Source of the DNA: Lytechinus pictus
Lineage: Eukaryota
Assembly: GCF_037042905.1 (NCBI RefSeq)
Contig: NC_087248.1
Coordinates: 17,360,001-17,424,000, forward strand
Reading direction: 5' to 3'
DNA: 64,000 nucleotides
Position 1 is the stretch's first letter. Each line of letters opens with the position of its first letter. A model generated the notes under the pieces. That model made no database searches. It was given only the letters and a program-made list of their open reading frames with translations, and was not told the DNA's origin. The position numbers and the translations under genes are program-made. Positions 40,290 through 51,658 of the stretch are shown in pieces.

Positions 40290-40518
40290 AGATCGAAAAT
40301 CCCCACTTACATGAAGATGTGGGAGTTCATGAGTTCGAGGCAGCACGTATTTACAAACACCTACATGGATGGTATTGAGCGCGTTCTCAACAACAGAAAC
40401 TATGCCTACCTCATGGAGTCTGCCATGGCCGATTACGTGGTCTCCCAGCATTGTAATAATTTGACTGCCATTGGAGGGCTGCTCAACTCAAGAGGTTACG
40501 GCATTGGTACACCACTCG
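40290..40518 (+). CDS. GRIK2: Kainate receptor exon (S2)
   Basis: tgcacag acceptor, G|GTAAGA donor, phase 0-1. RSKIPTYMKMWEFMSSR...YAYLMES...CNNLTAIGGLLNSRGYGIGTPL. Confidence 0.97.
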
Positions 40519-41030
40519 GTAAGACAGCTTCTACAGTATTCATCAAATCATTAGTAGACAAAGGATGCATGGATGTACTACAGAGGGCAAGGGGGCAACT
40601 CCCTTGTGGTTTTCAAGCAGTGAAAAAAAAAAGGAGAAAAAAATCAAGCAAGATGAAAAAAATGGAAGACGCCTCCTTTCGGTTTTCTTGCTCCACCCCA
40701 TGACATCATACCATGGCACCACCCTAGCCAGAAGAGATGCATTGTTCAAATAGGTTGAAGGAGTGCCTTAAAGACGTGTACCAAGTGCATTCTCCATTTC
40801 CAATTTTGGATTAGCAGAGATTACCAACGATATTAAAAGTCAAAAGACAAAGACATGTTTTCAAACAAGGATAGTAAACAAATCCACTCTTTGAATTACA
40901 GAAAGAAAGAATCTCTGTATCTGGTTATAAGTAAGTGTTTTTATAATCATGGATGTGAACACATATCTTAGCAAGTAAATTGAATAAAACAAATTGACAT
41001 ATGTGATGGATTTTTCCATTCATCCATCAT

Positions 41031-41123
41031 TCCTATCCTTGTAAACACAATAACACCAATGAGATTCGACAGCTTCAGGAGGACAATGTAAGGTTATTAG
41101 AAAAAAGGTGAATTAAAAATTGA
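41031..41123 (+). pseudogene. Decayed duplicate (pseudo-exon) of the 5' part of the receptor S2-end exon
   Basis: Translates SYPCKHNNTNEIRQLQEDNVRLLEKR* versus the functional GSVYRDEITKSILQLQEEDILLELKNKWW. No intact AG acceptor; TGA falls near the Trp position. Confidence 0.6.
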
Positions 41124-41229
41124 AGTTTTCTGATAAACATCCTGTGGTATGCCTCAACAGGAGTATATTCTCTTGGATGTTAAGAAAGAACTGTTCAATA
41201 AAATGAACCTCTTTGATCTTTTTCTTCAG

Positions 41230-41486
41230 GTTCTGTTTATCGAGACGAGATTACCAAATCCATCTTGCAGCTTCAAGAAGAGGACATCCTCCTAGAGCTG
41301 AAGAACAAGTGGTGGAGGACGGACCAGTGCCATAAGAACACTGGTCAGAGTGACGAAGCCAACTCACTGGGTCTCAAGAACATTGGAGGAATCTTCCTGG
41401 TTCTGATTACAGGCCTGGTGTGTGGTCTTATAGCAGCCTTCGCAGAGTTCATCTGGAAATCAAGGCAGAATGCTTTGATTGATAGG
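41230..41486 (+). CDS. GRIK2: Kainate receptor exon (S2 end, M4)
   Basis: cttcag acceptor, AGG|GTAAGA donor, phase 1-0. GSVYRDEITKSILQLQEE...LKNKWW...C...LGLKNIGGIFLVLITGL...AEFIWKSRQNA. Confidence 0.97.
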
Positions 41487-42083
41487 GTAAGAAAAACACC
41501 GAATCATCTGCTGACATTCTCATGTGATACTTCTGAGGGATAAAATTCATGCAAGTGTTTCAGGAAAAAATGTGACAGAAGTTTCAGCTGACAAAGAAAG
41601 TCTTGTTTTATCCAACAGTTGTCATTATTAACGTCATGCATCTGTGTTTCTTAGCCAATCAAAATAAAGTAAATGTCAGAACCAACAACTTGTCAAACAA
41701 CAAGTATTGATGCAAAGCTCTCCAGAACATAACTCAACAAGGACTTTGCTTCCTGGTCTAAACCATATTTCATACATTGAATGATCGTGTCACTGTATCT
41801 CTATGATTGAATTGAAACAGAAAATGAAGTTATCACTCTCACTCATTTAGTGAATTAACTCTTCGATAAGAATACCTTGAAAATATTTTGAACAGCACCT
41901 TCAGGCAAAGACCCTAGATATCTTTCTGCTTCAGCTACAACACCATTTTAACCTAGATATAGCAATAAATGTGGTAAGGTCAATTCTCTTTCGTTCTTAG
42001 TAGTAGTCATTTTTTATGTTGCTTTATTGTTTACTTTCAAACTAGCAATGTTAAATCATATCCCATTCTTTTTCCTTATCCAG

Positions 42084-42251
42084 AAATCGTTATGTGGTGA
42101 AATGATGTCGGAACTACGCTTCGCGTTCCGCTGCAACAACAAGCGACGGAACAGCAAGCCGGTGATAGAGCATAAATACATCCCAACCACTACCTACCCT
42201 CCAAACATCAATGGTAGGCAATCTATGCAGATGGTTGAACCTCTAGCATGA
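42084..42251 (+). CDS. GRIK2: Kainate receptor last coding exon (cytoplasmic tail, TGA at 42249-42251)
   Basis: atccag acceptor. KSLCGEMMSELRFAFRCNNKRR...EPLA* resembles the GluK2a tail [20 protein letters not shown]...ETMA*. Confidence 0.9.
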   Translation, partial: KSLCGEMMSELRFAFRCNNKRRNSKPVIEHKYIPTTTYPPNINGRQSMQMVEPLA

Positions 42252-43809
42252 CCCAGAGACTAGAACAAAACATTTTATTTAATGATTGTTAGTCATCCAA
42301 ATGCTACTCTAGCCACGGTAGCCAAGAACTACAATCGTTAGCTCAGTTTGATTAATAGACCACGTACTAGCGGAAACGACTTGGTTTGAACATGGACCTC
42401 GTAGGTTCGTGGTTCGAAAGAGACGGAATATTGTTTTGCTGTTCGTGTATTGATGCTACGAACTGAGACCACCAGAAATCTGAAGCAGATGAGCATGCTA
42501 CATGGATGCTACTGTCATCAGCTTCCACGATAGCTATGAATCTTCATGACTGCACTTTTGAATAGGAGATTACGATCTTGGCCGAAGCATATTGCGGTAA
42601 TAGCAATGAACCAGAGTCTCTGTTGTCTTTAGATTTTGCAAAAGGAATCAAGAGAGATGAAAAGTTATTTTTTATATTCAGAGTAGGAATGGTGTTTAAA
42701 TTGAAACCAACTACTCTGCTTGGAAGAGACTGAGTGATTGATATCTATTCTTTTACAGTACTGAATACAAGGAGACAATAAAGTGATTATGATGAAACGA
42801 CGATTGATATTGAATTGTTTATATGAAGCACGACGATACTTGCGTATTATGGCAGGTAGATACAGAAGCATTCATTAGATTCAGATACAGCTGCTTGTTG
42901 GGGTCACCAGTACATCAAAAGGACTTTCAGTTGTGCATTCATGTTCAGAGGTTACAACCAGGTCCAGTTAAATCAAAGGCCAAGTGTGAGAGGATTTGTT
43001 CACCATCTCGAAAAGCATACTTCAAAGAACAAGATGGTGGCTCGGCCATAGATGTGCGACCAGTGTGGTTATGCCTTTCTGTCTACACTGAATCACTTAC
43101 AAAACCATCAAGGAGAAGCGAGCAGGAACAACTACAATATGTTCTTAAAATCACCATACGAGGCTGTTGTAAAAAATGGTCCACAATAAATAATGCTTCC
43201 AAGAGACCAAGAAGACCATAAAGACGACTTGGAAGTTTCCTTATGATTGTTGGGGTAGGAAGATACTGCTTAATATGCTGTTACATCTTCCCAGATTCAA
43301 AGTGCTGAGGGAAATAAAGACTTATATTAAACCCCTGAAAGCACAGAACTCTCTCATTTCTATACAAGAGGCTAGAAGCCATGATAGGTTTGAAAGAATA
43401 TGAAATTCTAACAAAGTGTTTTCCATTACATGTATTTATCGCCTAATAAGATTAGTCCTCAATATGATCAGAATTATAATGGGAAAACACTTGCTAATTA
43501 TTGGAAAAAATGGCATTGAAAAGACATTATTAATGGCATTACTTACTCGTTCTCTGGTTGCATACTAAAAACATATTTTACCATTTGCTTGGAACTCTCT
43601 CCATTATCAAAATTATGAAAGGCAATGAAATTTGGAAACATCGAACACTTTCATCCAGCAATCTTCAATGATTTCAATTAAATTGTGAGAACAGTCATCA
43701 AAGAAACTATTTATTATTTTAATGAGAACATCATAGATAACCTTTCAAAGTCTAATGAGTCTCTTTAGAGGAAGTCTATTTAAAAGTTCTGTTTCCAAAT
43801 ACTAAACAC

Positions 43810-44012
43810 AACATCAAAATTAAGTTCCCCCTAAAGAACCCCATCAAATTTGCCAGTCTAACAAATTATTCAAGTTCAAACCAAGCATGGGATATAGCTA
43901 GGGTTGTTAGAAATCAGATTCTCGAAAATTAGAGGTATCCATGACTTAACAAATGATTTGTTATACTGGACGATCTGATGGGGTTCTTTAGGGGGAACTT
44001 ACTTTTGATGTT
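43810..44012. repeat. Inverted repeat (about 60-bp arms) downstream of the receptor stop codon
   Basis: AACATCAAAATTAAGTTCCCCCTAAAGAACCCCATCA / TGATGGGGTTCTTTAGGGGGAACTTACTTTTGATGTT. Confidence 0.85.
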
Positions 44013-44358
44013 TTGATTTTATTGATTTATCCGAGAGGAATACTACAACAGGCTTTTCAAATTTAGTTGGTTATTTCAATAAATGTTACTGTATGTTCTA
44101 TTCTAGTTTTATAGAAGAACGGTATGTACATGTATTTCTTTTTCCTGATCAGAACAGTTTCGTTGAAGGTAAACAACTTGAAATTATAACATCATTGAAT
44201 TTGATCTACTGTTTACTACAATCTACTGGGCAATTCGAAAAAAAGCAAGTACTTTCTGTGGAAAATTATTGAAATGATGTGTCCTCGCTTTGGGCTTCAT
44301 ATGAAAATGTGTGATGCCCTTAGATCACCATGGCTTGAGTTTTTCTTAAACTGAAGTA

Positions 44359-44588
44359 CAGTGGTGCTCAAAAGTTAGTGAACCCCACCGAAAAATGAAT
44401 ATATTTAAAAGTGTTCAAGTTCTGCCATGTTTTAGATATTTAATCATGAAGTGGGGTGATAAAATGTTACATTCAAGAAAGTATGTTTCTCTGGGCTCAC
44501 CGAACATTGTAGTGTTGTTGTCTACATTCATTACTAAGCATGAAGGAGTGCATATTGTGGTGGAGTTTCTAACTTTTGAGCACAACTG
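44359..44588. mobile_element. Tc1/mariner-type MITE
   Basis: TA|CAGTGGTGCTCAAAAGTTAG ... CTAACTTTTGAGCACAACTG|TA. Confidence 0.82.
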
Positions 44589-47010
44589 TATATGGAAAAC
44601 TGAGGGTTGGAATTTAAAGAAGGTAGATTATTTTAGGGAACTGCCCAAGTGCATTCTATTTGAACTCGACAGAAATTATAGCAAGAGAAAGTGATGATAC
44701 ATGTATTTCCTAATTTACAAAAGTAATAGGCGATCCATATTAGTTTTAAATAATAAAATTATATGTACTTCAATCATAGAAAATCCAAAATAAACTCTCC
44801 AATTTGCTAAAAAGACCCATCATGTCAGCAATAAAATACGTAGGTAATATTTTGACAAATGACCACAGTGAAAAACACGATGGCATTATCTCATATAACT
44901 GACCTTTATTCTATGAGGAGAGTTTGACAAATGATCCCTCTTTTATACTGACCATTATCATAGTTCTATGATGAAATTGATTATTTAGTATAGTTTCCAT
45001 GGTAACCGCTTGTACAGAAGGCTTGTCTTCCAGTGTATAGTAAGGGGATCTATACCATACCAAAAAGCAATGTGTATAAATTAACAGAATCAGTGTGTAA
45101 TAATATGCAAGAGAATGTCTCTATTCGTACGTTTGTCGCTAGACATAGTAATAATCCGAAGTGAACAAACATATTTCATCTTATTGTGCATGTCATTACC
45201 TCTGTTCAAATTGATTTTGCATCATTATAGTGTAATAAAGACGATAACTACATCATCGCCTATGATTCTACAATATGTTACTCTGAATGTTTAGCAGAGA
45301 TGATGTAGATCAATGCTTCAGTTTACAGGGGGTTTTTATATAAAGAGTATTTGACATACTAAAATAACTTTGCAAACATTTTGTTTTATTTCAACCTACA
45401 CCATTTTAGTAAGCCATGCCATGTATTATGGCATACGCTTTTTTCTTTCTCATGCACGGCAATAAAGATTGGTATATAGTTTCTATTGAAAATAATGAAG
45501 ATTGTCAATTATTGAAACCTTTATTTGTAGAAGGGAAGTTTTTTATGTAAAGGACTAGAGTAGTATGTAGTTTTGTTTTATATTTTTGCTTATTTGAATC
45601 ACGCAACTTGCCCGGTGCAAGCTTTATTCTTATTTGATATTGTACAAACTATTTTATCTGCAAAGAACTTATATTCATCTTTATTGCTTGGAATATTTGT
45701 ATCATAAGGTTGTAAATGTACAAACTTCTTATTAATCGAAAAGTCAATATTATTATTATTATATGCAATGTTTAATGTTAGGTGGCGTATGGTTGTACGC
45801 TGGGTTAGCTATTTCTTTGTATGCAATGAATCACCAGCCTGCATAAAGTGGTTCTTTTGAGAGAAGCGCCCTCTAACCGTGAAGGCTGTGGCTTACTATA
45901 TGACCAGAATACAAAGCGAGTTTACAAGAAATGCCACAAGCGCTATCAAATGTAGACTAAAACAAGAAATTGTTGATGGATAAGCATAATTTTAAAAATA
46001 AGATATAAAATTCAAGTCAATTGAGCTCACAATGACGGTGAGTTATGACCGACATTTTGTTTGGTAGTCTAAGTATTAAATCTGATAAATCAATCTCTTG
46101 GAGTAGCTGGACATACCAAGAATCACTTGGATTTCTAGTTCCATGACCATCTGTAAAACCAGGGCTAAATCAAAGACGACTTGTATGTTGAGATTTCTAA
46201 AGTGCATTGATAACATGGTAATTTCCTTGAAAATCAAATTGAATGATCGCCGATGTTCAGTTTTGGTTCTTGGCAAATGGTGACAAGGTTGATGATTTAT
46301 TTACCCCTGAATTTTGTGTTTCATTATATTGAAGATGATAACATCTGCGTTACGTTGAAATGTATGTTTAAATTTGTTTCATTTAATTTAAAGAGAATAA
46401 CTTTTCTTTGTAACAAAAACTCTCGCTTTACCATAGATCAAGTGTAATACTAGAGTATCAGTGATTGTGAAATGATTATAAAATGATTTTTAAACCCACA
46501 TACAAATTTTACCACAACAGATAATTGCAATGTTAATCCTTAGCGTGCAACGAACACATTTTTGTGTAATTGTACGTATTATCTATACAACCGTAATAAT
46601 GTATTTTCTCTTTAATAATGGTAGTAGAGGCTTTGCAAAGCAACAAGGCTTCTAGTATTGTGTCCATGGATTTATTTCCAGTCATTCACACCAAGCATGC
46701 TTTGGGATTTTCCACATTTTCTTGAAGATTAAAAAGAAAATCCATGAGTTTCAATGCAAATTAATGTGTTAATATACAGTGAATTGCAATAATAAGTTAC
46801 AAAAGTTCGGCATTACGTTATAATAAGGCACATTACTGCAGATCTAACATGAAATGCAATGTGGAACATACATGTTATAATACTCAAGAACCTGAAGTTT
46901 GTAATTTTGATATGAGATGCTACATGTAGGTCAAACTCTGGTTGATTCAACCTCAGAAATGTTTGCGTTACAAACATGACAGTGAAAGAAAGAAAGGAAA
47001 TGGTAGTTCA

Positions 47011-47574
47011 GGGCCCTGTTACACGAAGCACAGTAATAAGCCAGTTCACGGTTAGCTCATGATTAACTTTTCTCAAATGACCTTTGTGATTTTTCATAAG
47101 GATAAGCACTATCATTTTCAAATGTAGATGTTGCGTAAGATTTACCGGTAGAGTATTCAAATTCTAAGAACAAAAGGCATTGTATAGACCAGGTGACTAG
47201 AATAGTACATCAGGGATAAAGTTTGGAAATCTGTTTTATTGTCTGCCTTTGGCACATTTGACTATTGTTTAGGCTACTGTCAAATACCAGTGATTATGAA
47301 GGCTCTATTTATTACTCTTCAGCTTGGATGTGATAAATATTTTGAAAGGAATACATGAATAATCATCAAATCACAAATGCCTGTTGGTGAATTTGAAAGC
47401 CACCTTCATGGTCGTCTCCAATGACCTTTTTCTGCTCGTGCGCAGTTTACAACCGTGAACAGGCTTATTGATTGTGGGGCTGATTTTCATGATCGATCAC
47501 ACACAATAACCATTTCAAATTAACTGCAGAAATGAATACCATGATCAATCACAAAGCGTTGTGATACAGGGCCC
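47011..47574. mobile_element. Degenerate GGGCCC-ended MITE with an internal inverted-repeat element
   Basis: Ends GGGCCCTGT.ACAC / GTGATACAGGGCCC; inner pair AATAAGCCAGTTCACGGTT (about 47035) / AACCGTGAACAGGCTTATT (about 47451). Confidence 0.6.
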
Positions 47575-47959
47575 ATGTCTGTGAAACTACATGTCAGATG
47601 TAATTATTTCATGTCATTTTGTTTCCGTTAAGTTTCAAAGTGATCTTTGTGATCATTATGCCTTCAAATACCTACCAAGTAGTTGTACGTTTTAGTACCT
47701 TACAATGATCAGCAATGTCAGTTTGTTTTCATTGCAAAGACTAATCTATGGTCTTGAATTTTGCAGCATGATATTTAATTGTTTCTTTCTTATTGGTGTT
47801 GGCACGTTCTTTTACATGGACCGTTGTGATAAAGATGTATCAAACTTTTAAAATGGCTCCAGTCGACATTCATTCATTCATTGTCAGCCTCTTAGAGTTT
47901 AGCACATGTGCATCTCCTCCCCTCTCTCTCTCTCTCTAATATAGTGGTTACAACATCAG

Positions 47960-48965
47960 GGGCCCGTTTCTCAACACCGTCATACGTCTAACTTCTTGAC
48001 TAATTCGGAGATAGTGAGCTACTTGTCCGCTAACCGTTTCACGAAGCCCTCTTTACCAAGATCGGGTACAACAACCTCACTAAATATTTATGACACCTCC
48101 GAACCTGTCATAACTTCTTTCTTAATGACGTAGTGGCATCACGTGGGTAGACTATGACATGCGAAAGTGCCTAGAAATTTTAAAATTATAATCTTACGTA
48201 ATCAATCATAGAGGTTGAAATTACATCACAAAACAAGTGGGTTAATGCATTCAATGATAATTGTAATACAAAGAAACTATAAAAACCATTCATTTTGAAA
48301 TAGTAAAATGATTTAATCGATAAAGATTCTACCACGTCAGGCCATCCATAACTGAACTCGTATTTGTTGTTTTCAGACCCCTATTAACAGTTGGATGAAT
48401 TCTATCTCTAATTTATGCATATAATTTGTCTAATATCGTATCTTTCGGTATCAATGATTAAAAATGTTTCGTTAATCTATATTTTGATGACGTTTAAAAT
48501 CGTAAAAGTCCGTATAATTATCATCATTTTACAAAGAAAACCGTTATGGTTTACTTTCGTAAACTATTAAAATTGGGTATCCCGGGGGAACCCATCTCAA
48601 CGTCCACAAGTGATTTTTTAGTCATGAAATGAATTATTCATAATTTAATTTTCTCTGCAATTGAATGCTCCAGTCTTCATGGTCTAAGTATGTATGATGC
48701 ATAATTCACCTGTGCTATTATTTTGAAAAGATTTATTTCCCAATTCATCATAATATTTGCAATTTTGTCATAATTTTTCTTTTTGAAAATTGTGCTATTT
48801 TGTGACTAAGGCTACGTCTCGTCTGCTCTTTTTACCGATAGTATCGATATCAAGGTATTCTAGTTAGGAAACCTTTCGAGAAACAGGTTTAGTAAGATTG
48901 GAACTAACTCCGTGGTTGGTGGATAAAGATATGACTAACTTGTCCATGTGTTGAGAAACGGGCCC
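47960..48965. mobile_element. About 1-kb non-autonomous Harbinger-like DNA transposon
   Basis: 18-bp perfect TIR GGGCCCGTTTCTCAACAC / GTGTTGAGAAACGGGCCC; CAG TSD at 47957-47959 and 48966-48968; no long ORF inside. Confidence 0.88.
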
Positions 48966-49387
48966 CAGACTTCTAAAGCACTTCAATTTTGGCCCTTATT
49001 CTCGAAAAAGAATTCAATTGTACAAAACCATGGACTGAGCAGATTTTTTTACATACCGGTAATTGTGCATATTTCATTGCATACACTAAGAAAAATCAAA
49101 TTATTAAAATGTATACACGCTTTTGGCAAAGGGTGCTCAAAGGGAAGCATGATAATACAAGAAAACTGCTTAATCCACAGTTTTGTGCAACAGTACAATT
49201 TAAACCTCTTTTGAGAATAGGAGCGATGACAGCCATCAGAGATGGATGGGGATTATAGAAACAAAGAATGGGACAGGAGTGGAAAAAAGAGAAATTGATT
49301 TAGAGAATAAGACACCCCCAAAAAGAGAGTTGTAATGTAATTGTATGAGAGAGAAAAGATAGGAAGAGGGAGAGAAGGAGAATAGTG

Positions 49388-49483
49388 GGATGATGATGAT
49401 GACGATGATGAAATGATGGTAATAAATGATGATGATGATAATGGTTGTGATGATGGTGATGATGATGATGATAATGATGATGG
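49388..49483. repeat. (GAT)n microsatellite between the convergent genes
   Basis: Read directly from the sequence. Confidence 0.9.
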
Positions 49484-49892
49484 AAGTGTTAGTGTATTTT
49501 CAAAGTATCTGTAGGACATTCAAAGGAAAGTTGGCAATTGCAAAAAATATGTACCACTAAACTTGCACAAGTAGACCTTTTATAAGTCAATAGTTCATTC
49601 AAGTTGAAGTAATTTTTTAGACCAAATTACGCAAAACTTGTTATAGACCTCTCCTGATTCAAATTTCTCCTTCCAAGTTGAAAAAACAAATTACGTGGTC
49701 TAATATATCTGACTAAAGCTAAGGTACATGTACCTATATTCTTCTAAATATGAATAATGATAAAGACAATACTGTCTTACCATTTCTAATAACCTAATGG
49801 TCACTGATTCATTACTTTTTTAAGATATACTCAACATAATGGATATTAAAGACAAGCAAGAAATTACTATTATTAATTATAGAAATATCAAT

Positions 49893-49898
49893 TTTATT
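49893..49898 (-). terminator. Candidate polyadenylation signal of CEP162
   Basis: AATAAA on the minus strand about 1.76 kb past the stop codon; one of several possible sites. Confidence 0.3.
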
Positions 49899-50127
49899 TA
49901 CAGAACAAATGTACAAGGAATTCTATGTTATGAATTCCGAATATTTTCAAATAAATTAGAGTTATTAAAACATTGATGGAATAACAATAATTGCACTTCG
50001 TACAGAACAAACGTATGAGGGAAAAAGGAAAGAGATAATCATTCAAAAGACAAAGGTTTGGTTACAAAGCAAGATTTCAGTTGTTATACACAAGGCATTG
50101 TTTAAGATTTCATGTGTAAGATTTTTA

Positions 50128-50346
50128 TGTAATAAACTCCCAAATTCCCTGAAAACAATCGATTCAGTTAACAATTTCAAAACAGCCCTTAAAACCGACT
50201 TGTCTAAATTGTACCTAACCTCAACAAAGTGAACTCACTAACACATCTCTTCCTTTCCTTTACATGTATATTCTAAAGCGCATAGAGACATGTTTTTTAT
50301 GTGTTAATGCGCTATACAAAAAGTGACTATCATTATTATTATTAAT
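50128..50346 (+). mobile_element. 3' terminal fragment of a CR1/L2-clade LINE
   Basis: Encodes NKLPNSLKTIDSVNNFKTALKTDL (the WN.LP......S...FK..LKT.L ORF2 C-terminal motif), followed by an AAGCGCATAGAG...GCGCTATA stem and an (ATT)n tail. Confidence 0.8.
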
Positions 50347-50717
50347 AAAAATAATGTAATTCACCGGACACTTGCATATGATATCCACTCTGCAAAGTTA
50401 TCGAGGCACTAAATGTGATCATTATTGCCCTGGTTTTAGCCCAGCTGTATCTCACTGCACAAGCATTTCAAGAAATTAATATTCATGCCAGATATCAATT
50501 AACTACACCTTGGCCTGATTGCATAAAATATCTTCAAGTTTCTTAAATAGGTATGGGTGGAGTATCACAACACTCTTTGTAAGTTATGTGCGATTTGTAA
50601 CCTTTTTTGTGCTAACTTAGTTTCCCAGTATTTTTTTCCCCCATAATAAATCCTTAAAAATTGATTGTTTTTTAAAGGTCATTTTGCTAATGACCCCTCT
50701 AAACTTCAAGTTTGCCA

Positions 50718-51658
50718 TACATGTGTCATATCATAGAGTGGACTGACTGGCTGTCCAATGGCAGAACAAATCCCTGTCTTTAAAGCTTTCTAAGAATCTC
50801 TCGAATGGCCTACTGTACATCTCCTCCTTGTACCTTTAGATTACCCTTCATGTGTCATAGCATGAAGTGGATTGACAGGATGTCTAACAGCAGAATGACC
50901 CTTTGTCTTTTAAATTCTCTAAGAACCTCTAGGATGGCATCCCTGAACCACTGGATTGCCCTACATATGTCATAACATAGAGTGGACTGACTGGCTGTCT
51001 AACGGAAGACCAACAACACCATATCTTTAAAGTTCTTTAGGTGTGCCTACTCTAAGTCTGAAGATAGCCTTACATGTGTCATCACATAGAGTGGACTTAC
51101 TAGCTGTCTTAAAGCATGAGACCCTGTCTTTGAAGTTCTCTATGAATCTCTAGTGGTGCCTGACATGAATCTCAGGATTGCCCTACTTGTGCCATAACAA
51201 TGAGTGGACCAACTAGCTGTCTAACGAAAGAACTACACCCTGTCTTTGAAACTCTGTAAGAACCTCTAGGATACCCCACTAAACCTCTGGATTGCCTGCA
51301 TGTGTCATAACATAGAGTGGACCGACTGGCACTCTAACAAATGAACAACACCATGTCTTTGAAGTTCTTTAGTTGGACCTACTCTAATCCTGAAGATAGC
51401 CCTACGTGTGTCATCACATAGAGTGGACCGACTGGCTGTCTAACGGAAGAACTACACCTTGTCTTTGAAGCTCTCTAAGAACCTCTAAGATAGACTCTAG
51501 CTATACCCTAAACCTAAGGATTACCCTACATATGTCATAACATAGAGTGGACTGACTGGCTGTCTAAAGGAAGAACTACACCTTGTCTTTGAAGCTCTCT
51601 AAGAACCTCTAAGATAGACTCTAGCTATACGCTAAACCTAAGGATTACCGTACATGTG
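50718..51658 (-). repeat. Eight degenerate tandem copies (106-129 bp) of the CEP162 terminal coding segment plus stop codon, in the 3' UTR
   Basis: The core CATGTGTCATAACATAGAGTGGACTGACTGGCTGTCTAA...CCTTGTCTTTGAAGCTCTCTAAGAACCTCTA recurs with stop-equivalents at 51535, 51411, 51305, 51192, 51079, 50970, 50855 and 50726, and matches the real CDS end at about 51659-51770. Confidence 0.93.

Noticed and set aside
41032-41146. The 115-nt span of the pseudo-exon matching the AMPA flip/flop exon length as proof of homology
   Set aside because: The start position and phase differ from AMPA flip/flop exons and the acceptor is not intact, so the length match is probably coincidental.
42823-43221. 132-aa ORF downstream of the receptor stop codon
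   Set aside because: No recognisable homology or exon signals; consistent with a chance ORF in a 3' UTR.
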